Source of the DNA: Chiloscyllium plagiosum
Lineage: Eukaryota
Direction of reading: 5' to 3'
Assembly (NCBI RefSeq): GCF_004010195.1
Contig: NC_057749.1
Coordinates: 23,480,999-23,544,998, forward strand
Length of the DNA: 64,000 bases
The notes below the pieces were generated by a model, which was not told where the DNA came from, searched no databases, and saw nothing but the letters and a program-made list of their open reading frames with translations. Position numbers and translations under genes: made by a program. Below are positions 12,401 to 27,400 of this stretch, in pieces. Numbering within the stretch: position 1 is the first letter of the stretch; every line of letters starts with the position of its first letter.

Positions 12401-15400
12401 TTGAGGTAATTGAAGATTGCTGGAGTTTGATAGGAGTGGGTGGAGAGATAGGAAACATGTGGAGTTGGTTGGGAATGGAGAGCAGATTCCATGGAGTTGC
12501 TTTCAGATTGACAATTCTGTGATCTGGTTATTCTTAATGCAGATGGAAAGCAAAGTCACTGTCCTGTCATGGCTAAGCACATCTTATCTCCCCATTTCTG
12601 ACTACATGATCAACATCGGATAACGTTACATTAGATTTCCACCTGTAAGAGTCTAAAGGCACGTGGAATTCTTCCTCAGGATTAGCCATACCAACAGTCT
12701 CCAGTGACTGGTCATCCGGAATAAACTTGTAGATGATAAAAGAGACAGAGAAGTGGTTCTTGATCTTTAAACATGGGATAAAAAACAAACAATAATCAGC
12801 ATTTAAATAACCATACCACCTTGAACACCAAACCATCACACAAGTTTGTAAATCCATTCTTGTCATTCTGTGACCATTCAAATAACATGGTCAGATCAAA
12901 TTACAATTCAAGTGGCTGTCACCGTTGCTCTAAACCAACTAGTAGTACCAACATTATACTAATCCAGGGATAAACCACTGTTTAGTTTTCATAGTCTCAT
13001 AGAATAAATGTGGCAGCCACTCAAATTGTGCACGTTCTGTTAATTAGCCAGACTAGGTCATTGTCCACATTGTCATTCTTCCTTCAAGGAATAGATTACT
13101 GAGACACCTGCTGAAGGTTGATTTAGTTTTTAACTTTCCTTGCCTGCCAAACATGCAGTTTTTTATAACTATCACCTTTCATGACCATGGAAAGACAAAG
13201 TTGGATAGACAAGATACTTTTGCAGATTTTAACCAAAGTGTGAAGCAGATAACTAGACTACTTAAATTGCAGTAGTATAATTTGTCCAAAGGTGAGGAGG
13301 GGGGGAACACATCTAACAGAACAATGATTCAATGTCCACGCCCCTTAGTAAATGAGAGGTCTAGCCAAAGAAGAGTGGAGGCTCCCATTTGTCACCCAGT
13401 TGTCCTTTTTTGTCACAAAAGAACCCATGATTAAAATAACTACCAAAACAGTTGAATATGGTCAGTGACAGCATTAATATGAACTTAGAAAATGCAACAA
13501 TAAAAGCACTGGAGAAGTTATTACCTGGAGAGGAGAGCGGATTATAATTCTTTTATCACCTTCCACAACATCTATCTGGGCTACAAGTGACACTGAATGC
13601 GTGCTGCCAGATTGGAGGACATTATACAGACGTCGGCCTGGCTTAGCAACAGGAATACTTGCTTCTTCAGTATAATCATACGGCACTGAGAAAAGTAAAA
13701 TTTACTTTCTTTATTATGAAACTTAATCATGCTACTTTTCAGCAAAACATTATTACATACCTGAGAGAATCAGTTTATTTAAGCAATGCTTTGTTCACTT
13801 GGCAAATTTGTGGTATAATACTTTGGAAAATTAATCAACCAATTCAATATAATTTCACTAGTTAAATAAAGATCATTTTATAAACTAGTTAACTGGGATT
13901 GGAAGAGTCAGATACCTTGGATATGAATTCATTTTAGTGACAAGATAATTTATAACATCAACATAAAAGTCTACAAATTTCATGTTTTGTTCTGTACAGG
14001 AATTGTTCTAGCCACAAGAGTTCCAGACAGGTTCCGATTTGCCTCAGAGGATCACAGTGATTACTTGCAACATGACTTGAGTGGGACATATCCAGGTATT
14101 CTCATGTGTGAATACAGAAATAAAGAAAAACAGAAACCCATCTCAAATTCCAAATTACTGCTTACAACAGGGACAAAAATAATTCAGTTGTCCAGATTTA
14201 AAAACTAATGGAGTATCGAAAATCAATAGGCAAATCTTTACAAGGGAAAGGAAAAGCAAATGCATTATTCTTGGCCATTTATAAACATATTGTCTTCATC
14301 AGGTTATTTCCTTCATAATGCACATCAGGAAATGTTTCTGCTTGTCATGCAAGTATTTGCTCTCATTGTTCAACTTACCTACAGTTAAACTAAAAAGACT
14401 ACTTTCTTGTCTTTCTAACACAGAAAGCTTTCCTCGATTTCTGGGTTGCACAGCCAAGTAATCAAGTTCCAGTATCTGCCCAATATCCAGATGATGACAT
14501 TTCTGATCAGGGGGCAAACCAATGGCACAAAGGTTTGCAGAGTGAAGCACATCCAAAGGAATGCCCAGTGCATTTTTTAAGGTATATGGTACTTGGTCCT
14601 TCAGTGAATAATCAAACGTTGAAGCAGTTCCTGCTGAAAATGCCTGCGGAGCATACACACAATTCACATGAATATTTGCCACATTCAAAAAAAAAACTAG
14701 CATTTCTAAAGGAAACAAAAAAAGGGTCTCTGCACTCAATACTTTAACTCTGTTTCTCTCCTTACAGATGCTCCCAGAGCTTCTCCAGCAATTTCCCCTT
14801 CAACTTTGTTTCAGATCATCAACATAGAGTCAAATGTACAGCACGGAAACATACCCTTCGGTCCAACTCGCCCATATAGCCTAAACTAATTTTGTCTCAT
14901 TTGCCAGCACTTGTCCCATATCCCTCTAAACCCTTCCTGTTCATGTACCCATCCAGATGCCTTTTAAATGTTGTTATAGTACCAGCCTCCATCATTTCCT
15001 CTGGCAGTTCATTCCAAACATGCCACACTCTCTCTGTGATAAAGTTGCCCCTTAGGTCCCTTTTAAACTTTTCCCCTCTCACCCTAAACCTATGCTCTCC
15101 AGTTCTGGGCTCCCTCACCCCAGAGAAAAGACCTTGTCTATTTATCCTATCCATGCCCCTCATGAATTTATAAACCTTTAAAAAAATCTGTGGTTCTCAA
15201 ACATGGAACAGTACAGCACAGTACAGGCCCTTCAGCCCACTATGTTGTGTCAAGCATTTATCTTAATCTAAGATCAACCTAACCTACACACCCCTCAATT
15301 TACTGCCATTCATTTGCTTGTCCAGCAGTTGCTCAACTGTCTCAATGTCTCTGACTTCACTACCACCGCTGGCAGTACATTCCATACACCTACCACTCCC

Positions 15401-18400
15401 TGCATAAAGAACCTCCCTCTGACATCTCCCTTGTACCTTCTTCAAATCACCTTAAAATTACGAACCCTCATGACAGACATTCTGTCCTAGGGAAAAGTCT
15501 CTGGCTTTGCCTGTTTTATTCTCATTTCTGAAACTGCTTTCATGGCCACACGATATTGCATAATGAAAAGAATGCAGTCACACTTGTAACATAGGAAATA
15601 TAACAACAAAAGCAACAATAACGTCTAAGTTTATTACTGAATGGCAACAATAATCAAATCACTAAACAGAATTTTTGTTGATTGGGATCAGAATCAATTG
15701 CTTGAATGGGCCTTAATTGCTCTTGGAGGTCAGCAGTGAAAAACAAAATGATAGCAAAATGGACCAGTGGGAGCTTCATTCTGCATCTAACCATACCAAG
15801 AGTATATTATACTGACTCTGGATGCTCAAAACTAAAAGCTCTGCATGAACTTAATTACCACAAAAAATGGAACAGCCATTGGGCTGGGTCCCAGAGTGAT
15901 ATGGATACTGTGCAGGCAGCCACAATTATATTCTTAGCAAATTCACAGAAAAGTTAAAAGAGAACAATTATAACATTTCATGATGAAATAGCACTGCACA
16001 TAAAATCCCATTGTAGTTTTTTCAGAAATAATTCACAGGACGTGGGCATTGGTGGTTGAGCCAGCATTTATTTCCCACCCCTAATTGCCCAGAGGGCAGT
16101 TAAGAGCCAAACCCTTGCTGCAGGTCTGAAGTCGCATGCAGGTCAGACTGGGTAAGGACAGCAGTTTCCTTCCCTAAAGGACCTTTAAGTGTCAAATGGG
16201 CTTTTACGATAACTGAGGACTGCTAGAGATCAGAGTCAAATAGTGTGGTCCTGGAAAAGCACAGCAGGTCAGACAGCATCTGAGGAGCAGGAGAATTGAC
16301 ATTTCAGCCATAAGCCTGCTACTCGAATGCCACCTGACTTGCTGTGATTTTCCAGCACTTTTACGATAACAGACAATGACTTCATGATCATTAGGCTCTT
16401 AATTTCAGAGTTATATGGATTTCAAATTCCATTCTTACGGCAGGATTTGAACACAAATCTCCAGAACGTTCTCAATTTCTGGGTAGTCTAGCAATAATAT
16501 CGCTCAACTATCACTGCCTTGCTAAATGCATTCGGAACAATTATATCAATACATTTCAACTCCTTGCTTAACAAGAATTTATCCATCTACATAAGCAAAA
16601 TACTGTGGACAGGAAATCTGAAGTGAAACCAAAGTGCCAGAGAAACCTAGCAGGAATGGTAGCATCTCTGGAGACGGAAACAGAGTTAATGTTTCAACTT
16701 TAACACAACTCTTATTTCGGACTTAAAAATAATTCTGGCACTAAATTATAACTTTCCTAATGATTTGCTCTGCCCGCAAACCAGCGTTTTGTCCTACATG
16801 CACTAGGACACTTAGATATCTCTACATCTCAGAGTTCCGAAATCTCACTTCAGTCTACGTGCTTGGTAGACAACATGCCTCAGATTGAACAGCACCCTCA
16901 TCAACCAACCTCTTGCACAGCAATTATACAATCAGGAACAACTCTAACCCCATTATCTTGGTTCTTTGATCAGCACAATCTTTACCTGGAACCTCATCAT
17001 CCCACTAAACAACACTTCAAGCCACTCTCTGCTCTTAGCAATTCATCCAATCAACTCCAGAACATACATACAAATCAGTTCCCAATTTGTTCAAATAAAC
17101 AGTTGGCCAGACTCGCTGACCTGATTTTACTCTCAGGGGTCAATACCCATTCATCTAAACTGCCAAGTAATTGCTGATAAACTATTCCTTTTCAACACCA
17201 TTCAAAACACATGACCATCCAAGCATTCACTAACCTCTCTCCCACATCAGTGATCACATAAGTAGCCGCCAATGTGGAATTGAATACCTTCCTTTGAACT
17301 GAATAATGTACTGATAAAGTTATAAAACATGCCTCTTTAAAAAAAAAAGGATATTAAAAGTACTGGTATTTTACCTTGGCTAAGACATCAAGAACGCTTA
17401 AGCTGCATTTGGACACAGTGATATTCAATATGTCCTTTGAGGAAATAGTAATGGCAGTCTGCGGGTCAAGAATTTGAAAGAAATCATCCCCTGGAACAAG
17501 TGCTGTGTCCTGGCCCATGTTGGTTTTCATCTGAATGGAACAAACACAAACACGTAACCAATAGCGCACAATCTCTTTGAAAAAATACTTAGAAATATTC
17601 AGCCCAAAGTTTATTCCACTCCACAGATGCATCAATCGACTGTCACAAAAATCCCCCTCCTTGATAAGTAATAACTCAGCTTTGACAAACTCATTAATTT
17701 ATCTGCTGTACACTAAAATCTGAAGCATCCAAGGTAATTCATTATCAGCTGACATAAATGCCAGAACTTTGAAGGATACGAAGCCAGTCACACACTGGTG
17801 TCGACACAGGTTACTGAGGAAAAATGTCATGTCCAGCAGTAGCTTCAGTAAATCTAAGCACTGGTATAAAGCCACAGTTTAAAGCCAAATAAATATTGAT
17901 AAATGCACATGTAAAGACAGATATTATGAGCACGGATAAGGAAGGTTTCACATTCAGGCCTCACAGGCTGTGAACCTAAAATGGAGCATATTTTAAAAAA
18001 TTAACACACTTGTCTATCTGATTTCAAGTAGAATGAGAAATCCCAGTTTACATTAAAAAGACCAAAAAGAATGTTTTTAAAAAGTAAAAAGAGAATATTT
18101 AGTAACAAGTAAAAAATCTATGAAAACACAAATGCTGTAAGTTTTAGCAGCTTACGTTCAAAACACATTTTGTAAGTGGTATGGCTATTAGGTTCCTCCA
18201 ATTGCTCTTTCAATATACAATTTTAACAACTCTTCAGTCCTTTTTTCACCCATAGTAAAGGGACCTATAACAAAGTGCTACGCGCTCATTTGGCATTTTA
18301 GACAAAAGAAGCTTACTTATTTTAAACTTTTTAATTTTCTTCAGAAGATCCACAAATTTAGTTTACATCTTTTGTATCCTATTTTCAACACTGTGCTAAA

Positions 18401-21400
18401 TGATGCTCATTATACTGTATTTGATGAGATTTCTTAAAATTCATTGCCCATCCCTAGTTGCCCTTGAGAAGGTGGTAGTGAACTGCCTTCTTGAACTGCA
18501 GCAGTCTACCTGCTGTGGGTTGACCTATAATGCTCTGAGGTAGGGAACTCCAGGATTTTGACCCAGTGACAGTGAAGGAACAGTGTTATATTTCCAAGTG
18601 AGGATGGTGAGTGGCTTGAAGGGTGGTGGCGTTCTTATGTAGCTGCTTCCCTTGTCCTTCCAGATGCAAATGGTCATACATTTGTAAGGCGCTGTCCGAG
18701 GATCTTGGGTGAATTTTTGCAGTGCACCTTGTGGATAGTACACACTGCTGTTGCTGTGCGTCAGTGGTGGAAACAGTGAATGTTTGTGGACTTAATCCCT
18801 ATCGAGCAGGCTCCTTTGTCCTGGGTGGTGTCAAGCTTCTAGAGTGTTGTTGGGACTGCACTCATCCAGGCAGGTGGAGTATTCTATCACTCTCCTGACA
18901 TATGCCTTGTAGGTGATGGACAGGCTTTGGGGTGTCAGGAGCTGAATTACTTGTCAGAGTCTTCCTAGCCTCTGACCTGCTGTTTATGTGGTGAGTCCAG
19001 TGAGTCCAATAACCCCCAGGATGTTGATAGTGGGAGATTCAGCGATGGTACCACCACAATGTCAAAGGATGGTAGTTAGATTAGAATTCTGATGACAATG
19101 GTGAAGTGACCTTCTCAAATCCAATTACAATTAAACCTTGTGGAAGTCCTAGAAAATCTATCTCACAACTGGCGCGCAGTGCCTATGCCAGACTTCAGGA
19201 GCTTAACTTGGCAATGATAAAGTGCAAAGATATAATCAATTCAAGATCTCATTACCTGAAATGTCAGACTCCACCTTTTCTGGCCTCCAGCAACTTGCTC
19301 CAAGAGAGGTTCCCACACTGCACTCATTTCATTATAATAAAGAACCTGAAATCAAGCAGATAAATATTATGAAGTTTCCAATTACTCACTGAACGCAGTT
19401 GAGCTTAGAGGAAAAGAAAACTGAGTGAACAAGAGGGTAGAATACAGCAGTTCAAAGGAATTGCAAATATAACCTCAGGACACCTCAACACACGTTATTG
19501 CTAATTTAGCTGCTCTGATGAATTACTGCTTTTACAATACAGGAAATGTCACTGATAGTTGAGTGAAGCAAGGGAAGAGGAAACATATACCAGTCTCAAT
19601 TGAGAATGAGGGGTGGAATGCAGGACTCTCAGACATTTTAAAAATAGGTCACAGCAAGACGAGAGCTTGTGTTGAGAGGGGAGCGATTTTAGAACTAATG
19701 CAATCAAAGATGGATAGCCAGTGGATTGGTGATGTCATGTTAATGACATTGGTCTAATAATAAATCACTCGGCAAAAATTGACTAACTCAGTGGGTAAAT
19801 TTATATAAAACAATATACTATGAGTTACGATAGCAAATCAGCTAATTTCTGCATTCGTAGCTTGTGGACTACAGAAGGCAAACTACCAGCAGTCATAATA
19901 TTGTACAAATGCAACATATGGCATTCGCACAAAAAACACTCAAAAGTACAAATACAAATCCCTCCCCCGTCCAAAAATTTAATGGCTTATAATAACAAGT
20001 GAGCTGATGAGTTTCTAACAACATATAGGTAACTTGCTTATACAGTAGTCCCCAGAAAATGCCAATATCAGGTATGCCTTTTCTGCCATTTCACTTGCAA
20101 AACATATTGAACTTTTGGATACATTCCAAGACCTACTCTGGATGTCCAAAACCATGGATAGTAGTGAACCCATTTATTTAAATGGGAAATTTACCTCCCT
20201 CGCAGCCCCCGGTTCTTGGTTCTGGAATGCCCCATGTAATATTTTTGGGCCGCGGGAAACTGAAACCGCGGAAGCCGATTCCACGATATGGCAGCTGCCC
20301 TGTACATCCAGATCTCATGATGGTGACTCTGTCTGGAGATGCTACTGATTTCCTAAGTCATCAGTGATATTTCTATCTGAAGTAACTCCAGAGAGTCACC
20401 AGTCACCGTGTCACACTTAATTTATATGTGAAAAGTCCTTGAAACTGGTCTAATCTCACTCAGAGCCAGCTCTCAGTGAACAGGATGCCTGACACTCCTA
20501 TTCTTCTGTCAGTCAAGGGTCCCTGACTGGACCAGATTAACAGCCACAACCAGGGAACTCATATTCTATAATGTCCACCTGGCTGACCTCATTAGAATCA
20601 CTACACTATTCATTCCTGTTTCTGTCAAGTTTTCCTTTCGTGGATCGTAGTTACTGTTCCAGAGTTGTTCCGATAAACCACAGCCAAGTTTTGTTCCAAC
20701 ATTAGCAAGTGACCAGTTCAATTCCACAAGCAGCTTTCAGTAGTTCAATCTTTTTGGCATTTATTGTTTTGTCCTTTAATGAGCTTCCAGTTCATTAAAG
20801 GGGTCAGTGTCAGGACCACAACTATTCACGTTACACACTCACAATCTGGATGAACGAACTGAGGGCATTGTTGCTAAGTATGCAGATGACACAAAGATAG
20901 GTGGGGGCCAGGTAATGTTGAGGAATTGAGGCGGCTGCAGAAGGACTTGGAGAGTCTAGGAGAGTGGGCAAAGAAATGGCAGATGGAATTCAATGTGGGA
21001 AAGTGAGAGGTCATGCACTTTGGTTGGAAGAATTCAGGCGGAGACCAACTGGGGAAATCTTTGGAAATTTTAAGCACAAAGGGACTCAGGAGTTCTTATT
21101 CAAGATTCTCTTAAGATAAACATGCAGTTCAGTTGGCAGTTAAGAAAGCAAATGCAATGTTTTCGAGAGGGCGAGAATACAAGGACTTGGATGTCCTGCT
21201 GAGGCTGTGTTAAGACCTTGGTCAGACTATTTTTGTAATATTACGAGCAGTTTTGGGCCCCTTATTTAAGGATAGATGCGCTGCTTTTGGTGGGAATCCA
21301 GAGGAGGTTTACAAGACTGATTCCTGGACTGAAATGCTTATAATATGAGGAGTGGCTGAGGATTCTGGATCTGTACTCAATGCAGTGTAGAAGGACGAGG

Positions 21401-24400
21401 GGGATCTCACTGACACTTAGAGAATACTAAGAGGCCTGGATAGAGTGGACGTGTAGGAGATATTTACACTGAGAAACTAGGACCAAATGGCACAGCCTCA
21501 GAGTGAAGGGTTGACCCTTTAGAACTCATGGCCACAGAAGCAGTAAAGGCTAAGTCATTGAATATATTTATTTAACAGAGATAGATTGATTCCCTTACTA
21601 AGTAAGAACCCAAGGTTACAAGAAGGCGGCAAGAGAATACCAAATGACAGAGCAGATTCAATGGACTGAATGGCCTAAATTTGCTCCTATATCTTACGGT
21701 TTGTGGGCACATGGTCTACAGGATTTGCAGGGGTAATATACTGGCAGTGCCTTTGTGCCACTCTTAGCCAATAAGGAGTGTTATCAATTTTCTAAAGACA
21801 AATAATTTGAATTTTTGTGATCACTTAGAATTGTTTGATACCACCCACTAAACTGATAGCGTGAAACCAGTGTTCACCGTGTACATCAGATTCTGGGTTC
21901 TCAATGACTTCAGTATTTGCTTCCAGCAAGACACCAGATGATCTTCACTGTAGTTTAAAAGAACTTAGTGTATGCAAGGTCTACTGCTCTTTGTAGCTGC
22001 ATGTGTCTTTGGTCTAGTACACCGTCTCCACCAATGGCCTTTCTGCCATTTTACTTGCAAACATATTGAACGTTTGGACAAGACTTTTGTTTAAAAAAAA
22101 CAAAGACTGACTGATTATCTAACTTTTAAGCATGAACAAACACACTGGTGAAAGTTTCCCTGTGTGAAGCCCTGGAATGTCACATCATTAGGGTGTTAAG
22201 GAAGGTTCAGAGGGTGAGACATCAAAGGCAAACTAATTATCTCCTCAGGTTACATTCCAGACTGGGGACACGAGTCCAAAGACACATTTTGTTTACCATC
22301 CCAGGAATATACAAACAGCAATTAAAAGCCAACTACAACCCCTAAATTGTGTGTTCGTGGACAAGTGTGCGGTGAAGCTCGAGGACAGGTTTTAAACACC
22401 TCTGTACTGTACGTGAAAAGGGTGTGTCTTACTCTGAGCCAGCCACCATGAAATCAGAGAGAAAAAAAGAACTTCAGCTGATCTGCAATGTCAAACATCT
22501 CAAAATGAACTGCTTCCCTACCAGCATCAGTGCTACTCTTCTTCTAAAACAAGGATAACACAAGGAGTGCAAAGCACTTTGCGATGTACCAAAGTTTGAA
22601 CGATAGTAATCAAATGCACTTCTTTTATTCTAATTTAAATCAATATGTACACTGCAGTGCTAACTATTACATTGATACTACCCTTAGAAAAAAGGCAATA
22701 TAAACAGTTCAGCTTACTTTAGTCACCAAGACATTATGTATCTTATCAAAGCACAGAATAGCAGAAAATACCTCAAGGGTCATATCTGAATTCACACTGA
22801 CGAACGATGTCCAATTTTCAACTCTTCCGGAAAATGTTGACTCAGTCAGAAGTAAAGGAATTGTGCAGTGACCATGCCCACATTCAAGAGTGACTTGAAT
22901 TAATGAAATGTCTATTTGGAAGGACTCCCCTGTCCTCTCCTGCTTTTCCTCTGTGAAAGTCTCTGTTGCTTCACTGGCCATATCTACTCCCAGAAACCAG
23001 TAATTACAATTGAAGACATCCTTCACAGCCCAGAGGTCAGTCACCTGGTCATTTACTTGCTGGATTTCCATCTCCTGCACTTTGGGAGTCATGGCAGACA
23101 TGATTGTCATCACCGTATTTAATATAATTGGGGAAACCTGTAAACAAAAGACAGTCAATTTACAAGACATTGTACAGAACAGTAAGATAACTTATCATTC
23201 ATTGGTTTAAAGTTCAATTATTGGTGCAAATATCTTTTGTTGGAGAAACAATTGAAAGTTCAGACATATTCTAAATTACAACTGTAACATTAAGCAGCTG
23301 AAAACAGCTTGCTTTGTGGAGGATAATAAAGACAGCCGTATGCCCATGGCTCACACCTTTGAATACTAAAATACTAGGACATTGCCTTACCTTTACAATT
23401 ATCTCTTCTACCTTAAGACTGATATTTTGTGGCCCAAATGAGGGCTCAAAGAAGTCCAAGAACAATGAACATGGTTGCAACACCTGAAAATATATAGTAC
23501 AACACAACAATTAACAATGAAGATTTTTACCTTGAGTAATTTGTAGAAGGGATAAAATACAGATCTAAGAGTCAATAACATTAAAGAAGCTGATCCTACA
23601 AAAGGTGGTATAAGGCAAAAGAGCTACAGGCCTTGTTTTTTCTGGTAATTATATCCTCTGACTGGTATAACATTTGTCAAAGTTTTCTGCACTATACACT
23701 ATCATCAAACAATAATTTCATGTCCCAGCTTCTCAAGGACAAATGTTTTATCCCATGGTCTTGTATTTAACAGCTAACAATAACTAGATAGGAACAGAAG
23801 TTGGGTATCCACTTGTACATATTCACCAAAAGCACCACAGAGTCGGTCAGCAAAGGGTGTTTCTGATTTGTAATGGCATCAATATGAAATGACTATAAGC
23901 ACAAAGAATAATGGATGCCCAAACCCACAGTTGTATCCATAAAGATGCTGCTCTTACTGTGGTTATATTTGTTCCTCTCTTCTCTCGGAGGAAAGGACAG
24001 GCTAGAACCTTTAAGTCACTGACTAGGACAATCATCTTACGGGACTGCTTTTCACAGATGAACGAGAAGTCACAGTGGAACGAAGCAACAAGTGCAGGGG
24101 CATCGGCTTTTGAGAGATTTGCCACAAACACAACTTCAGGATTCATCACCAGTACTTTCACAATGATTTTTTGTTTTGGAGTGTCTACCGCTGGAACAAA
24201 ATAAAACCAAGTTAAGACAGATTGCAAATGCTAAACCCACAGTATGGTCTCATAAGATTACATTCTTACTTTGTAAATCAAAATATTCTATCCATTTATT
24301 TCAACAGGAATCCACAAAAAATCTGAAGAAAAACTAAACGTGCATTTCAAATTGTTATCTAAGTTACAAAATAGTTGGACAGATTTGTTATCATCTAATG

Positions 24401-27400
24401 TACAGATTTCTAGGTAATCGGGATTGGGGCTTCACGGCGTTATGAATTCTTTGTAACAGGAGCTTATCACAAGAGAACAGTCTGATATTTTGAAGAAAAC
24501 TTGGTTTGCTATGGGTTATAAGGTCAACAATAAAAACCAAGAAAAACACAAAGCAGATGGGGTACAGTAACACAGTGTCTAGATCAGAGTGGTGCTGGAA
24601 AAGCACAGCAGGTCAGGCAGCATCCGAGCAGGAAAATCAACGTTTCGGGCAAAAGCCCTTCATCTATTCCTGATGATCTGAAGACAAGAATCCAAATGCC
24701 ACCACAGCAAGATTTAAAATTCTGTTAATTAAATATATCTGGAATAAATCAAAGCTCCCATCAGTAAAGACTAAGAAAACAAATGACGTCCACTCATGTC
24801 CTTTAGGGAAGGAAATCTGTCATCATTGTCCAAGGTTATATGTGACTCCAGCCCCACAGCAATATGATATTTCTTTCCCTCAATAGGCCTTTGAAATGGA
24901 CTGACAAGCCATTCTCATATTTCTGAAAGCAGGCCAATATCATCGTCTCAAAAGCAATAAGCTCAGGTCTGATTGGCAATGCCCTTGTCTCTTGAATTAG
25001 TAAACTAAAATGTATCAGAGCAAACTCCCTTCTCTCTAATCCATTCAGTTTCTGCACTATCTCTACACAAATTGAATTTGGAAAGTCAAACAGTTCTACA
25101 GAATTGAAAAAGACAACCTATACCAATGGTTCAACTAATTTTGGATGGAGGTTTGCTCACTGAGCTGAAAAGTTCATTTCCAGACGTTTCGTTACCTTAC
25201 TAGGTAACATCTTCAGTGGGCCTCAGACAAAGCAATGCTGAAAATTTCTGCTTTCTATTTATGTTTGAGTTTCATTGGGTTGGTGATGTCATTTCCTGTG
25301 GTGAAGTCACTTCCTGTTCCTTTTCTCAGGGGGTGGTAGATGGGGTCTAACCCGATGTTTTTGTTGTGTGTGTTCCGGTTGTAGTGTCATGCTTCTCGGA
25401 ATTCTCGTGCGTGTCTTTGTTTGGCTTGTCCAAGGACAAGCCAAACAAAATAAACCTTTCAGCTCTGCAAGCAAACCTACATCCAAAACCTCAACCGGAG
25501 ATACAAATCTTCTCAAAACTCACCAGGTCCAACTAATTATTTGGTATTCAATTTCTTGAAGTGTGAAGCTGTTTAACCAGCTTAAAATGTGTACAGACTA
25601 TATGGGGACTTCGCAATTGCTTATAGGAATCACTGGCCTGACAACACTCTAACCTAACGAAGATCTGCATTCTTTCCCAAAAAGATTTTAACTTTAATGA
25701 TGCACTAAATGGGAACACCACTGTAGTGACTGCAATGAGGTCAGCCAGGTGGACCTCAGATTATGAGTTCCCTGATTGGAGCTGTTAATCTGGTCCAATC
25801 AGGGAGCCCTCGCTGACAGATATAGGTTCTGTTTACTCAGAGCTGGCTGAGGGGGAGCTGGATCAGTGTCAAAGACTCTCCATGTGTAAATAAAGGGTAA
25901 CTTCATGACAGGATAAGAGCCTCCAAGGAGTTATTTCAACCACCGCCTGCAAGTTCCTTCCAAGTCACTCACTGTCCTGACTTGAAAGGATATCGCCATT
26001 CCTTCATTGTCACTCTGTCAAAATCCTGAAATTCTCTCCATAAGGGCATTGTGGATCAAACTACAGCATGTGGACAGCAACAGTTCAAGATGACAGCTGA
26101 CCTCTACCTTCTCAAGGGCAAACTAGAGACAGGAAAATGTTGGCCCAGCTAGCAACATCCACATTCCGCGAGTGAATCAAAAATAGTAAAATATGCACGT
26201 CTTCAAATTTTTGTTTTTACAAACATGACTAATTCGTGTGCCTCCAGCTAAAGTGAGAAACAACAGTGTTATTGGATCAGCCGTTGGAAAATGAGCATTG
26301 CTTGGATCCCAAGATCCAATACAAAAGGGCATCAAATAAAATGCCTGAGAAAACATCTATTGGACATTTATTTTGAATAGAACATTTACAGATTAGTATA
26401 GTCAGACATTTACAGCAAACAACAGACTTGTATTCTCAATGCTTGCTCATATTAGGAAAGCAGGCCAAAGCTGTAAATTTCACAGATGTGAAAGCTTCAT
26501 GATCTAGTTCCTGTCATCAGCCATTTTTTGCCAAGGGCTGTCCACCCCCACAAGGCAGAAAGCCAATTAGGCTAATTTAGAGATTTTAAGAGACAGTGGA
26601 TATTGGAATCCAAATGGAAATTTTCATTTAGATTCCAAATTCCTAACTTAGGGAGGCAGTTCAACATCCTTAAGGGAAGTAATTAGTGGAAAGCTAGGAA
26701 ATCATCATTTCACCAAGCTGCTTTTTCTATTTTCTAATTCAATTTTTAAAAGTTTCAGTAAGGGCCACTTTCTTGTTGAGGCTTACTCTCAGTTAATCAC
26801 CAGCCATTGAGTCAGCTGCTCCTGTGAAGCTGGAAGGTACATGATCAGCCAACCGGCCTCAAGAGTCTGCCTGCGGCCCTTAATTGGGTAGGGAACATAT
26901 TTACTTGCCAATTAACAGCATCCTGGTCAAAATTCCAATCAGTAGACATTACCCATTCCTCCCTTTTCCTCTGGAAGCAGTTTCAGACTGGAAACTATGT
27001 TGGTTCCTCTTTGCTATCCCTTACTGCAAATAATTCAGCCTTTTGTGTTATGGTAGCATTGCACCTACATGGAATAGCAGTCATTCACTCATGGGCTATT
27101 ATGGGATTTTTATATCTGATTAAATTGAAAATATAGGAGAAAGGTGAGGACTGCAGATGCTGAAGATCAGAGCTGAGACTGGTGCTGGAAAAGCACAGCA
27201 GGTCAGGCAGAATCTGAGCAGGGGAATCGACGTTTCGGGCAAAAGCCCTTTTGATGAAGGACTCATGTCTGAAATATCGATTCTCCTGCTCCTCCGATGC
27301 TGCCTGACCGGCTGTGTTTTTCTAGCACCATACTCTAAATGGAAAATATAGCAGGTACAGACTAATTAGTGCAATCAGCTTCTCAACCAGTTAACCAACT

